The notes beneath the pieces are model-generated. The model saw only the letters and a list, made by a program, of their open reading frames with translations, ran no database searches and was not told where the DNA came from. A DNA stretch of 24,000 bases from Candidatus Aquicultor sp. (GTDB lineage Bacteria; Actinomycetota; Aquicultoria; Aquicultorales; Aquicultoraceae): contig DASXVE010000025.1 of NCBI GenBank assembly GCA_036504445.1, forward strand, positions 353,955-377,954, given 5' to 3'. The translations under genes and the position numbers were made by a program. Shown here in pieces: positions 6,846 to 16,010 of the stretch. Numbering within the stretch: the first letter of the stretch is position 1; the number at the start of each line of letters is the position of its first letter.

Positions 6846-8747
6846 TTAATCCCGATCAACTTTGACCTGAGCGCTTATTGCCCTAGTATTACCAGCTAAA
6901 TCGGTTATATAAAGTTTCAGCATATAGATACCATCTGCAATTTTTTGACCCCGATTGTCCGTGCCATTCCAGGACACTAGCTGCTCTTCACCTTCACCGG
7001 TTCTTAGCCCATAAACCGGATTTGCCATATCGATGCGACCGCTCTTGACCGGATAAACTACCAAGCAAAACGACGATGGTTCATTTGATAGCACCGCAAC
7101 TGCTACCTTGGGTTTATTTAGCGTAATGGTATTATTTTTGACCTTGTAGCAAGGCTTAGGCGGAATTGTGTCAACGGTAAACATCCAATGACATTGTGCG
7201 GTACTCCCCGCCCTATCACTTACGGCAACAGTTGCATAATGTAAACCCTCCTGCAGCTTAGTTAGCGGCGACCCGGTAAGAGTATTCGACATCAACGTAT
7301 GTCGACAGGGATTATCATCGATCGAAATTGATAGTGTGCTTGAATCAATGCCGGAACCATCGAGCCCATCAGCCATATCAACATTTATTATAGGCAGCGC
7401 CGTATTGATAAAGGCTCCATCGAGTGGATAACGGATATTGATTCGGGGCGGTGCGATATCGGCGAGCACATCTGGTTCGGCTATACCATCAACGAGGAGC
7501 CTCTTCCAGAATGGCAAAATGCTAAATCCCGGATCAGTCATATTAACCTCATTGCACGCTGATGCTTTAACGCTTTCCCATAGCGCATGCTCATCTAAAA
7601 TCCGCATATTAACAGAGTACAGGCCGTCCGGCGTGTCGGTTTCCTCAACCACAACTTGTTCATTGTTGCAAGCGCCATCTATTATGCCTTGCCAAAAATT
7701 CGAGTCTTGTGCTTCGACAGCTATGCTTTTTTCTTGCGCTGTATACTGGTCAAAACCGGATGCCCTCCTATCCTCCGACCCTAATGCTCTTGCCTGCGTA
7801 GCTGCTTGTTGTGATGTAGACAAAAGCTTCTCTTTATAGAATGGGGCTACTTGTTCACTGTAATCCGGTATCATCCCTCTTGGTGTTGGGTTATTAATCC
7901 ATGCATAGACGGCCATCTCTGAGAGTGCGCGGTTGCTCTCTACTCCCTTTCGCTTCATGCTATCGAGAAATAGCGACCGCCTGACCGGGTCCCATGAACC
8001 AATACTTTTTCCATATGCAAATTGCATGATAGCCAGTTTTGTTGCCCAACTTTTGATCCTGTCACGGATGCATGATCTTGAAAGTGTTGTCGATAATGCT
8101 CGCTGCTTCAGTTCCTCATCAGATATAATCTTATGCTTCATGACGGCGCTGTCATGAAGCATAATCAGTCTGTAATTGAGTAGGGCTTGATATAGATTTT
8201 TGTCATCAAATGAGATCGATTTGTCATCCGCAGCATCAAGCGGACCTTGGGTCAAAAACGAATATGCTTCACAAAGAGATTCGCCTATAAAGTGTTTAAT
8301 GGAACCTCCTGTGCCATCGGGGCATATCGGAAACAAATTTTTGTTATGTGCCACCCAATCCGCGGCAATATGACCGCCCCATCCCAGGGCTTGAGCTTGG
8401 GCAAATTCCGTGATGGCCCCATTATTATTAGCTACGGCTAGCATTAAATAGCCGAAGTTAGGCATATCGGCAAACGGTCGCTGCTCGTTTTCTATTCTTG
8501 GATCAGGAGAATGGAAATAGTCCGCCCAACTCTGATTTTTGTTGTTCTCATCTAAAACTGGTGGATAATCGCCTATGACTTGTACGCTCATATCAGGCCC
8601 CGTACCGCTTACTCCAAAAACAGGAGTGAACTCTACTCCTGATAGACGGTTGATATGGTAATGACTAATAGCATTCCAGGCTAGAGCGTTACTACCAGTG
8701 CCAACGATAAGAAAGGCTAGTAACAACACGACTATCTTCCGAACCAC
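6846..8747 (-). CDS. Secreted multidomain protein: N-terminal Zn-dependent phospholipase C / S1-P1 nuclease-like domain (inferred), Ig-like domain, C-terminal FlgD-Ig-like domain
   Basis: The signal peptide ..GTGSNALA is followed immediately by W (WNAISHYH). Further candidate ligands are DYFHSPD, GGHIAADWVAH and KHFIGE, the spacing pattern of Zn ligands in the PLC/P1 fold. The C-terminus ..LVSWNGTDNRGQKIADGIYMLKLYITDLAGN.. looks like a FlgD-Ig domain. The GTG start abuts the stop of the lipoprotein gene. Confidence 0.6.
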   Translation of the reverse strand: MVRKIVVLLLAFLIVGTGSNALAWNAISHYHINRLSGVEFTPVFGVSGTGPDMSVQVIGDYPPVLDENNKNQSWADYFHSPDPRIENEQRPFADMPNFGYLMLAVANNNGAITEFAQAQALGWGGHIAADWVAHNKNLFPICPDGTGGSIKHFIGESLCEAYSFLTQGPLDAADDKSISFDDKNLYQALLNYRLIMLHDSAVMKHKIISDEELKQRALSTTLSRSCIRDRIKSWATKLAIMQFAYGKSIGSWDPVRRSLFLDSMKRKGVESNRALSEMAVYAWINNPTPRGMIPDYSEQVAPFYKEKLLSTSQQAATQARALGSEDRRASGFDQYTAQEKSIAVEAQDSNFWQGIIDGACNNEQVVVEETDTPDGLYSVNMRILDEHALWESVKASACNEVNMTDPGFSILPFWKRLLVDGIAEPDVLADIAPPRINIRYPLDGAFINTALPIINVDMADGLDGSGIDSSTLSISIDDNPCRHTLMSNTLTGSPLTKLQEGLHYATVAVSDRAGSTAQCHWMFTVDTIPPKPCYKVKNNTITLNKPKVAVAVLSNEPSSFCLVVYPVKSGRIDMANPVYGLRTGEGEEQLVSWNGTDNRGQKIADGIYMLKLYITDLAGNTRAISAQVKVDRD

Positions 8748-9437
8748 TTACTGCTCCTCTCTATAACCGATATCCGAAAGAGGTATCTTATTCCAACCTT
8801 GCATTTTGATATATTTAACCAAGCTTCCTGCATGCCGTGGCGGCTGAAACCAACCGAGGTAAGCAGAATAGCTGTCTTGAGGAACATAATCTAGAGGCAA
8901 TATTGATGGTTTCTCTGCCCTGACCTTATAATCGAGCGCATAGCCCAGCGCCCTAGCGCCCTGGAATTTAGCGTAAATATAGCTATCACATAGATAACCA
9001 TTTCTATAGTCAGCTAATTTGCGTGGTACCAATCGTGGGTTCAAGGGGAAACGCGGGCCCATTGAGTCTTGTGAGTACGGCTCTTCGAAACCAAACGCAC
9101 CGTCTAAGCCGTAACCTCGTTGATCTATAACCGGGATATAAACCTTAAGCAAGCTTCCGTGCTTGGTTTTAATTAAACCCAACTCTGCATCGGGATAATC
9201 CATAGCCCGGTATTTCGCATAATCCCTCTTCAACCCTCTATAAATCCCCCAGATTGGTTTGCCATTGCTCGCTGGAAATGGCAGGTATACCGTGACATTA
9301 CGCAATACTTCGCCTTTCGGGGGCGAGATCGCAAAGTTATAGGTAAAACTCACGTATTGCTTTCTGCCGCAGCCGCTAAGTGGAAAAAGAAGTAGCAGTA
9401 CAATAAGCGCTAAGGTCAACCGTACCCATCGATGCAT
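8748..9437 (-). CDS. Lipoprotein of unknown function
   Basis: The lipobox LLLFPLSG-C follows a basic/hydrophobic signal (MHRWVRLTLALIVLLLL). ATG 9437 has GGAGAA 7 nt upstream, whereas the track start 9485 would overlap the upstream gene by 26 nt. No recognisable domain was found. Confidence 0.7.
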   Translation of the reverse strand: MHRWVRLTLALIVLLLLFPLSGCGRKQYVSFTYNFAISPPKGEVLRNVTVYLPFPASNGKPIWGIYRGLKRDYAKYRAMDYPDAELGLIKTKHGSLLKVYIPVIDQRGYGLDGAFGFEEPYSQDSMGPRFPLNPRLVPRKLADYRNGYLCDSYIYAKFQGARALGYALDYKVRAEKPSILPLDYVPQDSYSAYLGWFQPPRHAGSLVKYIKMQGWNKIPLSDIGYREEQ

Positions 9438-9459
9438 CGGTTGTTCTCCAAGTCGTGAT

Positions 9460-11025
9460 CTATACATCTCCCTTGACCTCCACATCAGCGCTTCCCGTTA
9501 ATGTTGGCATGCCGTTTTCTATCGCAGTAACAACAATCCTATAGCTGCCGTCCGGCGCAACGCGAATGCATCTATCGCCGAACTCAGCTGCAAGCTCCGG
9601 GTCAACCATCTCCGGAAAATCTTTAAGTCCACACCACGTCATGTGATGCTCACCTGCCGGCAAAGACGCCTCCTGGGCTAGCTGCCTAACCACCGTGCCT
9701 TGGTAATCCATAACATCAACGGTAACAGTAGCTGGATTCGCAAGCGTAAAGCTGATAGTTGCACTGCCATTTTTTAGATCATACGGGTTGAAGCGTGGTG
9801 CATTCACAGAAACACCCAAGTTTGAGCTTCGTTGCGGGGTTGAAAAGCAGCACATTTGCGATCTGCTAAGATTCAAAATAACCGAGCCATCCGCAATAGC
9901 TGGAGAAGGGTCTATCAGATACCAGTCAGAATATCGGCCACCGGCTTCATAGCGCCAGGCAAGCTCTCCGGTGTTCTGATCTAGCACATAGAGCCTGCCA
10001 TCGGATGAATCAACGACAGCATCGGTAAACGGACGTGTTGAACCTATGAAAACATAGCCATTTGCAAGCGCTACCGATGCACCACGGTATTTGTTGCGCA
10101 CATCAAATGTCCATTTAACTTCGCCAGTGCCTATATCATAAGCGGTTACCGTACCTGCATATAACGTATTGCGCCCTACTGATAACGATTCAGATGCTCC
10201 ATTTACATCTGCAGTAGTCCTCGACCATTTTATCGCACCGGTATCGGCATCAAGGCAATACATGCCCAAGTTGCCTGCCGTAAAGACCGATGAGCCGGAT
10301 ACAACCGGCATAGAATGCCCTTTCCAGCTATTGAACGACCATTTTATGTGTCCGTCAGCTGCATCAAGTGCAAGCAGCTCACCGCCGCCGACAAACACCG
10401 AGTTATTGGTAAGCGTCGGCGCGGTAAGATATGTTGGGCGCGTGACGACCCAACGAACTTCGCCAGTCATCGCATCAAGGGAGTATACCTTGCTAGCCGA
10501 TGTGCTGAGAACGAGCATATTGCCTAGAACTACTGGTGTTGCCGGCATACCGGCAACAGATGTGCGCCATAGTATGCTTCCATCTACAGCGTTAAGCGCA
10601 TAAACCGATCCATCCGTCGTACCAACATACACATGTCTGTTTGCAAACACCGGCGTACCTGAAAACGGCAGGTTCTTAGCCGTCCAAACAGCCTTGCCGC
10701 TCGCAAGAGAGATTGCCTGAAGCTGGCATTCCGTTTTTATAAGGATACCCCACGCGTAGACGCTCCAGACTTCTCCAACATACACGATGCCATCAGCAAT
10801 AACCGGTCGGGTTCTGCTCTCATCGTACGCGCATTCACCTGGATGCAGCCAGGCAAAATCAAGCGGTGGGGTGATTTTCGTTTCTGCGGAATTATTACCG
10901 GTGTGCCATGAATCGCACTGCGCCATCGGCCAGTTTGAACCGTACGCTGGTTGCACAACACTTATTGCGGTGATGATAACCAAAATATTTAACGCTTTAA
11001 GTAGCCTGCTGAAAATGAGCGACAT
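9460..11025 (-). CDS. Secreted PQQ-like beta-propeller repeat protein with C-terminal FlgD-Ig-like domain
   Basis: After the signal peptide (..VVQPAYG) come six or more repeats of the type YALNAVDGSILW, YSLDAMTGEVRW, LALDAADGHIKW, YCLDADTGAIKW, AYDIGTGEVKW and YVLDQNTGELAW. The C-terminus ..ATISFTLANPATVTVDVMDYQGTVV..HHMTW..DGSYRIVVTA looks FlgD-Ig-like. Confidence 0.85.
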   Translation of the reverse strand: MSLIFSRLLKALNILVIITAISVVQPAYGSNWPMAQCDSWHTGNNSAETKITPPLDFAWLHPGECAYDESRTRPVIADGIVYVGEVWSVYAWGILIKTECQLQAISLASGKAVWTAKNLPFSGTPVFANRHVYVGTTDGSVYALNAVDGSILWRTSVAGMPATPVVLGNMLVLSTSASKVYSLDAMTGEVRWVVTRPTYLTAPTLTNNSVFVGGGELLALDAADGHIKWSFNSWKGHSMPVVSGSSVFTAGNLGMYCLDADTGAIKWSRTTADVNGASESLSVGRNTLYAGTVTAYDIGTGEVKWTFDVRNKYRGASVALANGYVFIGSTRPFTDAVVDSSDGRLYVLDQNTGELAWRYEAGGRYSDWYLIDPSPAIADGSVILNLSRSQMCCFSTPQRSSNLGVSVNAPRFNPYDLKNGSATISFTLANPATVTVDVMDYQGTVVRQLAQEASLPAGEHHMTWCGLKDFPEMVDPELAAEFGDRCIRVAPDGSYRIVVTAIENGMPTLTGSADVEVKGDV

Positions 11026-11067
11026 ATCGACACCCTAACAATAGCAGCACATTTACACTTTTGTGCT

Positions 11068-11096
11068 ATTATACATAAGGCAAGCGGAGTCTGCAA
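11068..11096 (-). promoter_or_regulatory. Candidate sigma70-type promoter for the propeller/lipoprotein/PLC-like genes
   Basis: On the minus strand, TTGCAG (11091-11096), a 17-nt spacer and TATAAT (11068-11073) lie about 40 nt upstream of ATG 11025. Confidence 0.5.
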
Positions 11097-11144
11097 GACC
11101 GAATATTTATTAAGCTAAAGAGGGTGCGTCAAGGATGTGCGCAT

Positions 11145-11172
11145 AAAACAAAAAGCGGCCGAATCGGCCGCC
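11145..11172 (-). terminator. Rho-independent terminator after the chemoreceptor gene
   Basis: On the minus strand, GCGGCCGA-t-TCGGCCGC is followed by TTTTTGTTTT, about 35 nt after the stop at 11206. Confidence 0.8.
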
Positions 11173-11205
11173 CGTTAAAGTCTTTTATATATTTGCATTA
11201 ATTAC

Positions 11206-12942
11206 TTATGCGCTAAGGCTTTCACTGAATTCGCTGACTGTCTTTTCGAGGTCTTCCGACATATCCGAGAGGACCTTGATGTATTCGGTGATTTTTTGCT
11301 CGGATTGTATCTGCACATCGGTCAGCTCAGAAGCTCTATTTGCCGACTCGGTGTTCTTCTTTGAGGTAGCTGCGAGCTGATCAATCGTGTTGACCGCCTG
11401 GGTTGTCGATGCGGCCACTTCTTCTGTCGCCGCTCCGTTTTCCTCGCTGATCATTGCGATCTCATCGATGGTAGCGTGTACCAAGTTGCTGGCGTCCGCC
11501 ATCTTGCCTGCGTTTTCCGAAACGGAGGAGATATGATCGACAATCTTGTTGATGGCCGATGTCATCTCTTCGATAGCGGCTCCGGCATTAACCGCAAGCT
11601 CGCTTCCCGATTCAACTTCGGAGGTTCCCTTCTCCATCGCGTCGACGGCAGCCAGGGTTTCATCCTGGATGCCTTTGATGAGCCCGGTAATCTCTTTCGT
11701 CGCTTTAGCAGACCTCTCGGCGAGCTTTCGCACCTCATCAGCGACAACGGCAAATCCCTTGCCGTGCTCGCCCGCCCGGGCCGCTTCGATAGCGGCGTTG
11801 AGTGCCAGCAGGTTTGTCTGATCTGCAATATCGGTGATAACTTCCACGATATCGCCGATCTGTTTACTCTTTTCACCGAGTATTTGGATCTTCTGAGCGG
11901 AGTCGAGAACCGTTTCTTTGATTCTCTGCATGCCGGATACGGTGTCGTCAACAGCGCCTTTACCTTTTACTGCGATTGATGAAGCCGAGTCAACGACCTC
12001 CGCAACCACGTTGGCGCTTTCGCTGACCATCTCAATCGACAACGTCAGGTCGTTGATGCCGTTGGCCGTCTCGGCGATACTTCCCGCCTGTATCTGCGCG
12101 CCGTCGGCAACTTGGCCGGTAATCTCGGCGATGCTGACAACGAGAGCGCCTAAGTCGTTCGCACCGCTGCACTGCATCGATGAACCGGAGACAACGTCTC
12201 CGACCATGCCCGAAATCTGCTCGGCAAGCTGGACGGTTTCATTATGCGCCGCCGCAAGCTCTTGGCTTGACGCTGAGAGGCGCTTCGCCGTCTCTGATGC
12301 GTGCAAAAGCGACGTTTTGAGTGGCTTTATCACGATGCGCTGAATGACAACAACAACGCCCGCTACAGCTAACCCCTCTATGATGAGGAGCAGCGTGATG
12401 ATAAAGATAAGACTTCGTTGGATCGTGTCGATATGCGAGCCTGCTGCTTTTTGGGCGGTAGCCCCACTTGCTTCAAGCGGCTGCAGTGTCGCAAGACTAG
12501 CACTAAGTGCCGTATCGACCTGTTGCAATTGCGCTGCAGCAAATTCTTCGTTATTGAAATGCTTAAAGAGCGAATCTGCTTGCGTTAGATATGCCGACCA
12601 ACTCTGCTCGGTAGCGGTGATAAGGCTGGGGTCAACGCCGCGTGTTTTCATCGCTGCTAGTAGAGCCGTAACCTTGTCAGTAATGCCGGAGGCTGCGTTA
12701 GCCTGCGCAGTATCTTGGTGTACTGTTGCCTGGTAAGCGCTTCCGCGATGTTCCTGCATTAATGCGCTTAGTGTTTGCGCATCATGCATCGTGACAGCGC
12801 TTTTTTGCATCGCGCTCTTCTCTGAAGCAACCGTGCTTAGACTCGAAATGGTGCAATAACACATGATAAGAAGCGGTATGATGATAACAGCTACCGCCCC
12901 GATGATAACGTTTAGTACTTTTGTCCTTCGCATCCAGCCCAT
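11206..12942 (-). CDS. Methyl-accepting chemotaxis protein (two TM helices, extracytoplasmic helical sensor, cytoplasmic signalling domain)
   Basis: The highly conserved hairpin-tip motif is present: [43 protein letters not shown]1 reads [21 protein letters not shown] and TM2 reads [23 protein letters not shown]. The RBS is AGAGGAGAG. Confidence 0.93.
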   Translation of the reverse strand: MGWMRRTKVLNVIIGAVAVIIIPLLIMCYCTISSLSTVASEKSAMQKSAVTMHDAQTLSALMQEHRGSAYQATVHQDTAQANAASGITDKVTALLAAMKTRGVDPSLITATEQSWSAYLTQADSLFKHFNNEEFAAAQLQQVDTALSASLATLQPLEASGATAQKAAGSHIDTIQRSLIFIITLLLIIEGLAVAGVVVVIQRIVIKPLKTSLLHASETAKRLSASSQELAAAHNETVQLAEQISGMVGDVVSGSSMQCSGANDLGALVVSIAEITGQVADGAQIQAGSIAETANGINDLTLSIEMVSESANVVAEVVDSASSIAVKGKGAVDDTVSGMQRIKETVLDSAQKIQILGEKSKQIGDIVEVITDIADQTNLLALNAAIEAARAGEHGKGFAVVADEVRKLAERSAKATKEITGLIKGIQDETLAAVDAMEKGTSEVESGSELAVNAGAAIEEMTSAINKIVDHISSVSENAGKMADASNLVHATIDEIAMISEENGAATEEVAASTTQAVNTIDQLAATSKKNTESANRASELTDVQIQSEQKITEYIKVLSDMSEDLEKTVSEFSESLSA

Positions 12943-13082
12943 TCGCTCTCTCCTCTGGTTGTACAGGGCAAGTCTATTTGCATAACAACAATTAAATGGT
13001 TTGTGACAGATACCACTATATTCAGTTTCGGCTTTGGAAGCGATAACTTAATAGTAAAATCGTTAATTTACACTATATTAAC

Positions 13083-13116
13083 AAAAAAATAACGACGAAT
13101 TACTTTCGTCGTTATT
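13083..13116 (-). terminator. Rho-independent terminator after the DUF951 gene
   Basis: On the minus strand, the 12-bp stem AATAACGACGAA-agtaa-TTCGTCGTTATT is followed by TTTTTTTG. Confidence 0.8.
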
Positions 13117-13189
13117 AAACCGCCTTTTGAATACCCGCATGGGTATACAATACCTATGTTTTCCGGCATGTTTAGCTTTGTTACTGATG

Positions 13190-13429
13190 CTACTTTGTTA
13201 AGTTTTTATCATCATTTTCAGAGTTGGTTTTGGGACCGCAGCGCTTAATAAAGCCCCGGAATCTACGATCGAAGTCGTAGCGCATGAGACGCATTTTGCG
13301 CCCGCATCCTACACACGTAAGCCCGATGTCCATTCCAAGCTTCGTTACTTCCCACTCATTAACTCCGCAGGGGTGAGGTTTTTTCAGTTTAACAATATCG
13401 CCGATGCAAATAGGCACCACGTCTACCAT
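13190..13429 (-). CDS. DUF951 family small protein
   Basis: IGDIVKLKKPHPCGVNEWEVTKLGMDIGLTCVGCGRKMRL matches the DUF951 pattern (KKPHPCG..W.....G.D....C..CGR). ATG 13429 follows GGTGAT. The longer track ORF (start 13546) adds an unlikely 39-aa extension. Confidence 0.8.
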   Translation of the reverse strand: MVDVVPICIGDIVKLKKPHPCGVNEWEVTKLGMDIGLTCVGCGRKMRLMRYDFDRRFRGFIKRCGPKTNSENDDKNLTK

Positions 13430-13445
13430 GAATATCACCATATCC

Positions 13446-13473
13446 ATCATACAACGCCGCCGAGCTGTTGCAA
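13446..13473 (-). promoter_or_regulatory. Candidate promoter for the DUF951 gene
   Basis: The minus strand reads TTGCAA (13468-13473), a 16-nt spacer, then TATGAT (13446-13451). Confidence 0.35.
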
Positions 13474-13602
13474 GCATCAGCGGCAAAGTTGATACCGTTC
13501 TATATATGTATGAGCCCTCTTTTACTGACCGGCTTTTATGCCACAATCAGCGCAGAACTTGGCGTTGGGCAATGCACGGCATTTTAAACACCCTTATCTA
13601 CC

Positions 13603-13631
13603 TTGTAATTTATCGCCCGGTATGGGATAAT
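13603..13631 (+). promoter_or_regulatory. Candidate promoter for the ACT/UPF0210 operon
   Basis: TTGTAA (13603-13608), a 17-nt spacer and GATAAT (13626-13631) preceded by TGG (extended -10 pattern) lie about 95 nt upstream of ATG 13725. Confidence 0.45.
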
Positions 13632-13724
13632 CCTACGTTATTATACGAGTTTTTACGCAGCCGCAACCTACGCCCCAGGCAACACCGCTGCTGCGCTTCC
13701 CTCTATGGAAAACAAGGAGGCACC

Positions 13725-14000
13725 ATGAAAAGCAGAGCAATACTAACGGTCCTCGGGCAGGATCGCGTCGGCATTGTCGCCGGTGTGAGCCGCGTCTTGG
13801 CCGAAAACGGTGTAAATATCGAGGATATTAGCCAGACAATCATGCAAGATTTCTTCACGATGATAATGTTGGTAACCGTCGATGAGGAAGAAAACTCGTT
13901 TATGGGTTTGCAAAATAAGCTCGACGAGATCGCGGTGCAACTCGGTGTAAAAATCACCGTACAAAAAGAAGACATCTTCCGCTATATGCACAGGCTTTAG
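13725..14000 (+). CDS. ACT domain-containing protein (UPF0237-type)
   Basis: MKSRAILTVLGQDRVGIVAGVSRVLAENGVNIEDISQT is an ACT fold signature. AAGGAGG lies 5 nt upstream of ATG 13725. The track's 198-aa version (start 13404) is an upstream read-through artefact. Confidence 0.9.
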   Translation: MKSRAILTVLGQDRVGIVAGVSRVLAENGVNIEDISQTIMQDFFTMIMLVTVDEEENSFMGLQNKLDEIAVQLGVKITVQKEDIFRYMHRL

Positions 14001-14011
14001 GGGGTTAGCAC

Positions 14012-15373
14012 GTGTTAATTAACCCAAACGAGATACGGGAAACCATAGAGATGATTCAGGAGCAGCGGCTCGATATCCGCACGGTAACCATGGGGATATC
14101 CTTGCGCGATTGTTCCGATAAAGACGGCAAAAGACTTGCGGATAATATCTACAACAAAGTAGTGACATCGGCGGGGCGCCTGGTTGCCGCAGCCCAGGAG
14201 CTGCAGGCCAGGTACGGCATCCCTATCGTCAACAAGCGAGTCGCCGTTTCCCCCATCGCGGCGATTGCCGAGTCGAGCAATCTAAGTAATTATACCCTGG
14301 TAGCGAAAGCGCTCGACCGGGCGGCGCAAGAAATTGGCATCGATTTTATCGGCGGCTTCTCCGCCCTGGTGCAAAAAGGCGCCACGCCGGGCGATATGCG
14401 CCTCATCGATTCCATTCCCGAAGCGCTCTCAACAACCGCGAAGGTCTGCTCGTCGATTAATGTGGCGTCGAGCAAAGCCGGCATAAATATGGATGCGGTT
14501 CTAAAGATGGCTCGCATCATTAAAGAAACCGCCGAACGCACAGCCGAGCGTGACGGTATCGGGTGCGCTAAGCTCGTTGTTTTTGCCAATATCCCAGAGG
14601 ACAACCCCTTTATGGCCGGAGCATACCACGGCTTTGGCGAGCCGGATACCGTAATCAACGTGGGGATATCCGGCCCCGGGGTCGTTCGGGCTGCGCTTGA
14701 GGGGTATCCAGATGCCGACTTCACCAAGGTTGCCGAGATTATTAAGAAGACCGCTTTTAAGATTACGCGCATGGGCGAGCTCATCGGTCGTGAGTCCGCT
14801 GCTATGCTTGGTGTAACGCCGGGTATCATCGATCTCTCGCTGGCGCCGACCCCCACGCCGGGCGATTCGGTCGCACAGATTATCGAAGCGATGGGTATTG
14901 AGCGCTGTGGCGCGCCCGGAACAACTGCGGCGCTTGCACTGCTTAACGACGCCGTTAAAAAAGGAGGCGCGATGGCCACCAGCTCAACCGGCGGACTCTC
15001 AGGAGCGTTTATCCCGGTCAGCGAAGATTTAGGGATGATCGAGGCGGCGAAATTGGGAGCGCTCACTATAGAGAAACTCGAGGCTATGACGGCCGTATGC
15101 TCGGTCGGCCTCGATATGATCGTAATTCCCGGCGATACCACCGCGGAAACGATTGCCGGCATCATTGCCGATCAGATGGCAATCGCGGTCATCAATAAGA
15201 AAGCTGCCGGTGTTCGCCTGATTCCGGCCCCCGGCAAAGGCAAGGGTGACGAGGTTGAATTTGGTGATCTTCTGGGGTTTGCGCCGGTCATGGGGGTCAA
15301 CACCTACTCATGCGCGCACTTCGTACAGCGGGGCGGCCGAATCCCGGCGCCGCTAACGAGTCTCAATAACTAG
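14012..15373 (+). CDS. UPF0210 (DUF711, 'PFL family') protein
   Basis: The N-terminus ..[28 protein letters not shown].. and the 453-aa length are typical of UPF0210. The GTG start follows AGGGGG. The gene forms the conserved pair with the preceding ACT protein. Confidence 0.92.
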   Translation: MLINPNEIRETIEMIQEQRLDIRTVTMGISLRDCSDKDGKRLADNIYNKVVTSAGRLVAAAQELQARYGIPIVNKRVAVSPIAAIAESSNLSNYTLVAKALDRAAQEIGIDFIGGFSALVQKGATPGDMRLIDSIPEALSTTAKVCSSINVASSKAGINMDAVLKMARIIKETAERTAERDGIGCAKLVVFANIPEDNPFMAGAYHGFGEPDTVINVGISGPGVVRAALEGYPDADFTKVAEIIKKTAFKITRMGELIGRESAAMLGVTPGIIDLSLAPTPTPGDSVAQIIEAMGIERCGAPGTTAALALLNDAVKKGGAMATSSTGGLSGAFIPVSEDLGMIEAAKLGALTIEKLEAMTAVCSVGLDMIVIPGDTTAETIAGIIADQMAIAVINKKAAGVRLIPAPGKGKGDEVEFGDLLGFAPVMGVNTYSCAHFVQRGGRIPAPLTSLNN

Positions 15374-15398
15374 CAGCGAGAGGTTAAACCTTGGCACA

Positions 15399-15436
15399 AC
15401 ATAAGGCTGCGGTGTAATCCAGCCACAGCCTTATGT
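15399..15436. terminator. Hairpin between convergent genes (possible terminator, weak U-tracts)
   Basis: ACATAAGGCTGCGG-tgtaatccag-CCACAGCCTTATGT forms a 13-14 bp stem with one mismatch. It lies between the stops at 15373 (+) and 15454 (-). Confidence 0.45.
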
Positions 15437-15453
15437 AATAATATCGCAGGCTA

Positions 15454-15768
15454 TTACGAAGCGATCTCCTCGGCTTGCTCTCGCATTTCTTCAGCGTCTC
15501 GGCGCATCATTTTACGCGCACCCGACATCGTACTCAATGCCTGGTTACTGATCCTGCTTCTGGTTTCATAGCCGCTTGATGGAGCGATCAGAAGTCCCGT
15601 TAACAATCCTGCTGCAAAGCCTGACACCGCAATCAGGGCATACAATGTATAATTTCTGTTCTGCGCTTCTCTGTAAAGCTGTGAAGCCCGGTTTGCTATG
15701 TCTTCACCGGCTGATTTAACGCGCTCGGAACTCATCGCATCGCTTATTAAACTTAAGGGTGATGCCAT
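15454..15768 (-). CDS. YtxH domain-containing (general-stress-type) membrane protein
   Basis: The hydrophobic helix LYALIAVSGFAAGLLTGLLIAPSSGYETRSRI matches the YtxH core (..G...G.L.AP.SG.ETR). ATG 15768 has AAGGAGA 8 nt upstream; the track start at 15798 is the alternative. Confidence 0.75.
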   Translation of the reverse strand: MASPLSLISDAMSSERVKSAGEDIANRASQLYREAQNRNYTLYALIAVSGFAAGLLTGLLIAPSSGYETRSRISNQALSTMSGARKMMRRDAEEMREQAEEIAS

Positions 15769-15884
15769 TTTGACGTCTCCTTTCTCTTTTATATCCATAT
15801 ATTCTCATTCCCCACGAATGTACTGGATAAACTGTCCTCATCGGGATAGTTTTATGCAGATGTGGGCTACCAAACCATCAGAGC

Positions 15885-15923
15885 AATAAAAAGCCCGTCA
15901 ACCGGTTTAAAAGTCGACGGGCT
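15885..15923 (-). terminator. Rho-independent terminator after the nfnAB-like operon
   Basis: On the minus strand, AAGCCCGTC-15 nt loop-GACGGGCTT is followed by TTTATTG, about 90 nt after the stop at 16011. Confidence 0.65.
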
Positions 15924-16010
15924 TCTCTCCAAACTCTCCTGCAAGCAGGCAGATGATTTGTTAGTTAACGTTTTGTCGCCATTCTGTTAAGACAGCGCTT
16001 TTGCCTGTTT

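Noticed and set aside
13131-13150. The palindrome ATACCC-gcat-GGGTAT downstream of the DUF951 gene, considered as an operator.
   Set aside because: It lies between a stop codon and the strong terminator, not near any promoter. It is most simply a second small 3'-UTR hairpin.
13404-13724. A 107-codon N-terminal extension of the ACT-domain ORF (track start 13404).
   Set aside because: It would overlap the divergent DUF951 gene and its promoter. AAGGAGG lies 5 nt before ATG 13725, and the ACT fold begins right at that Met.
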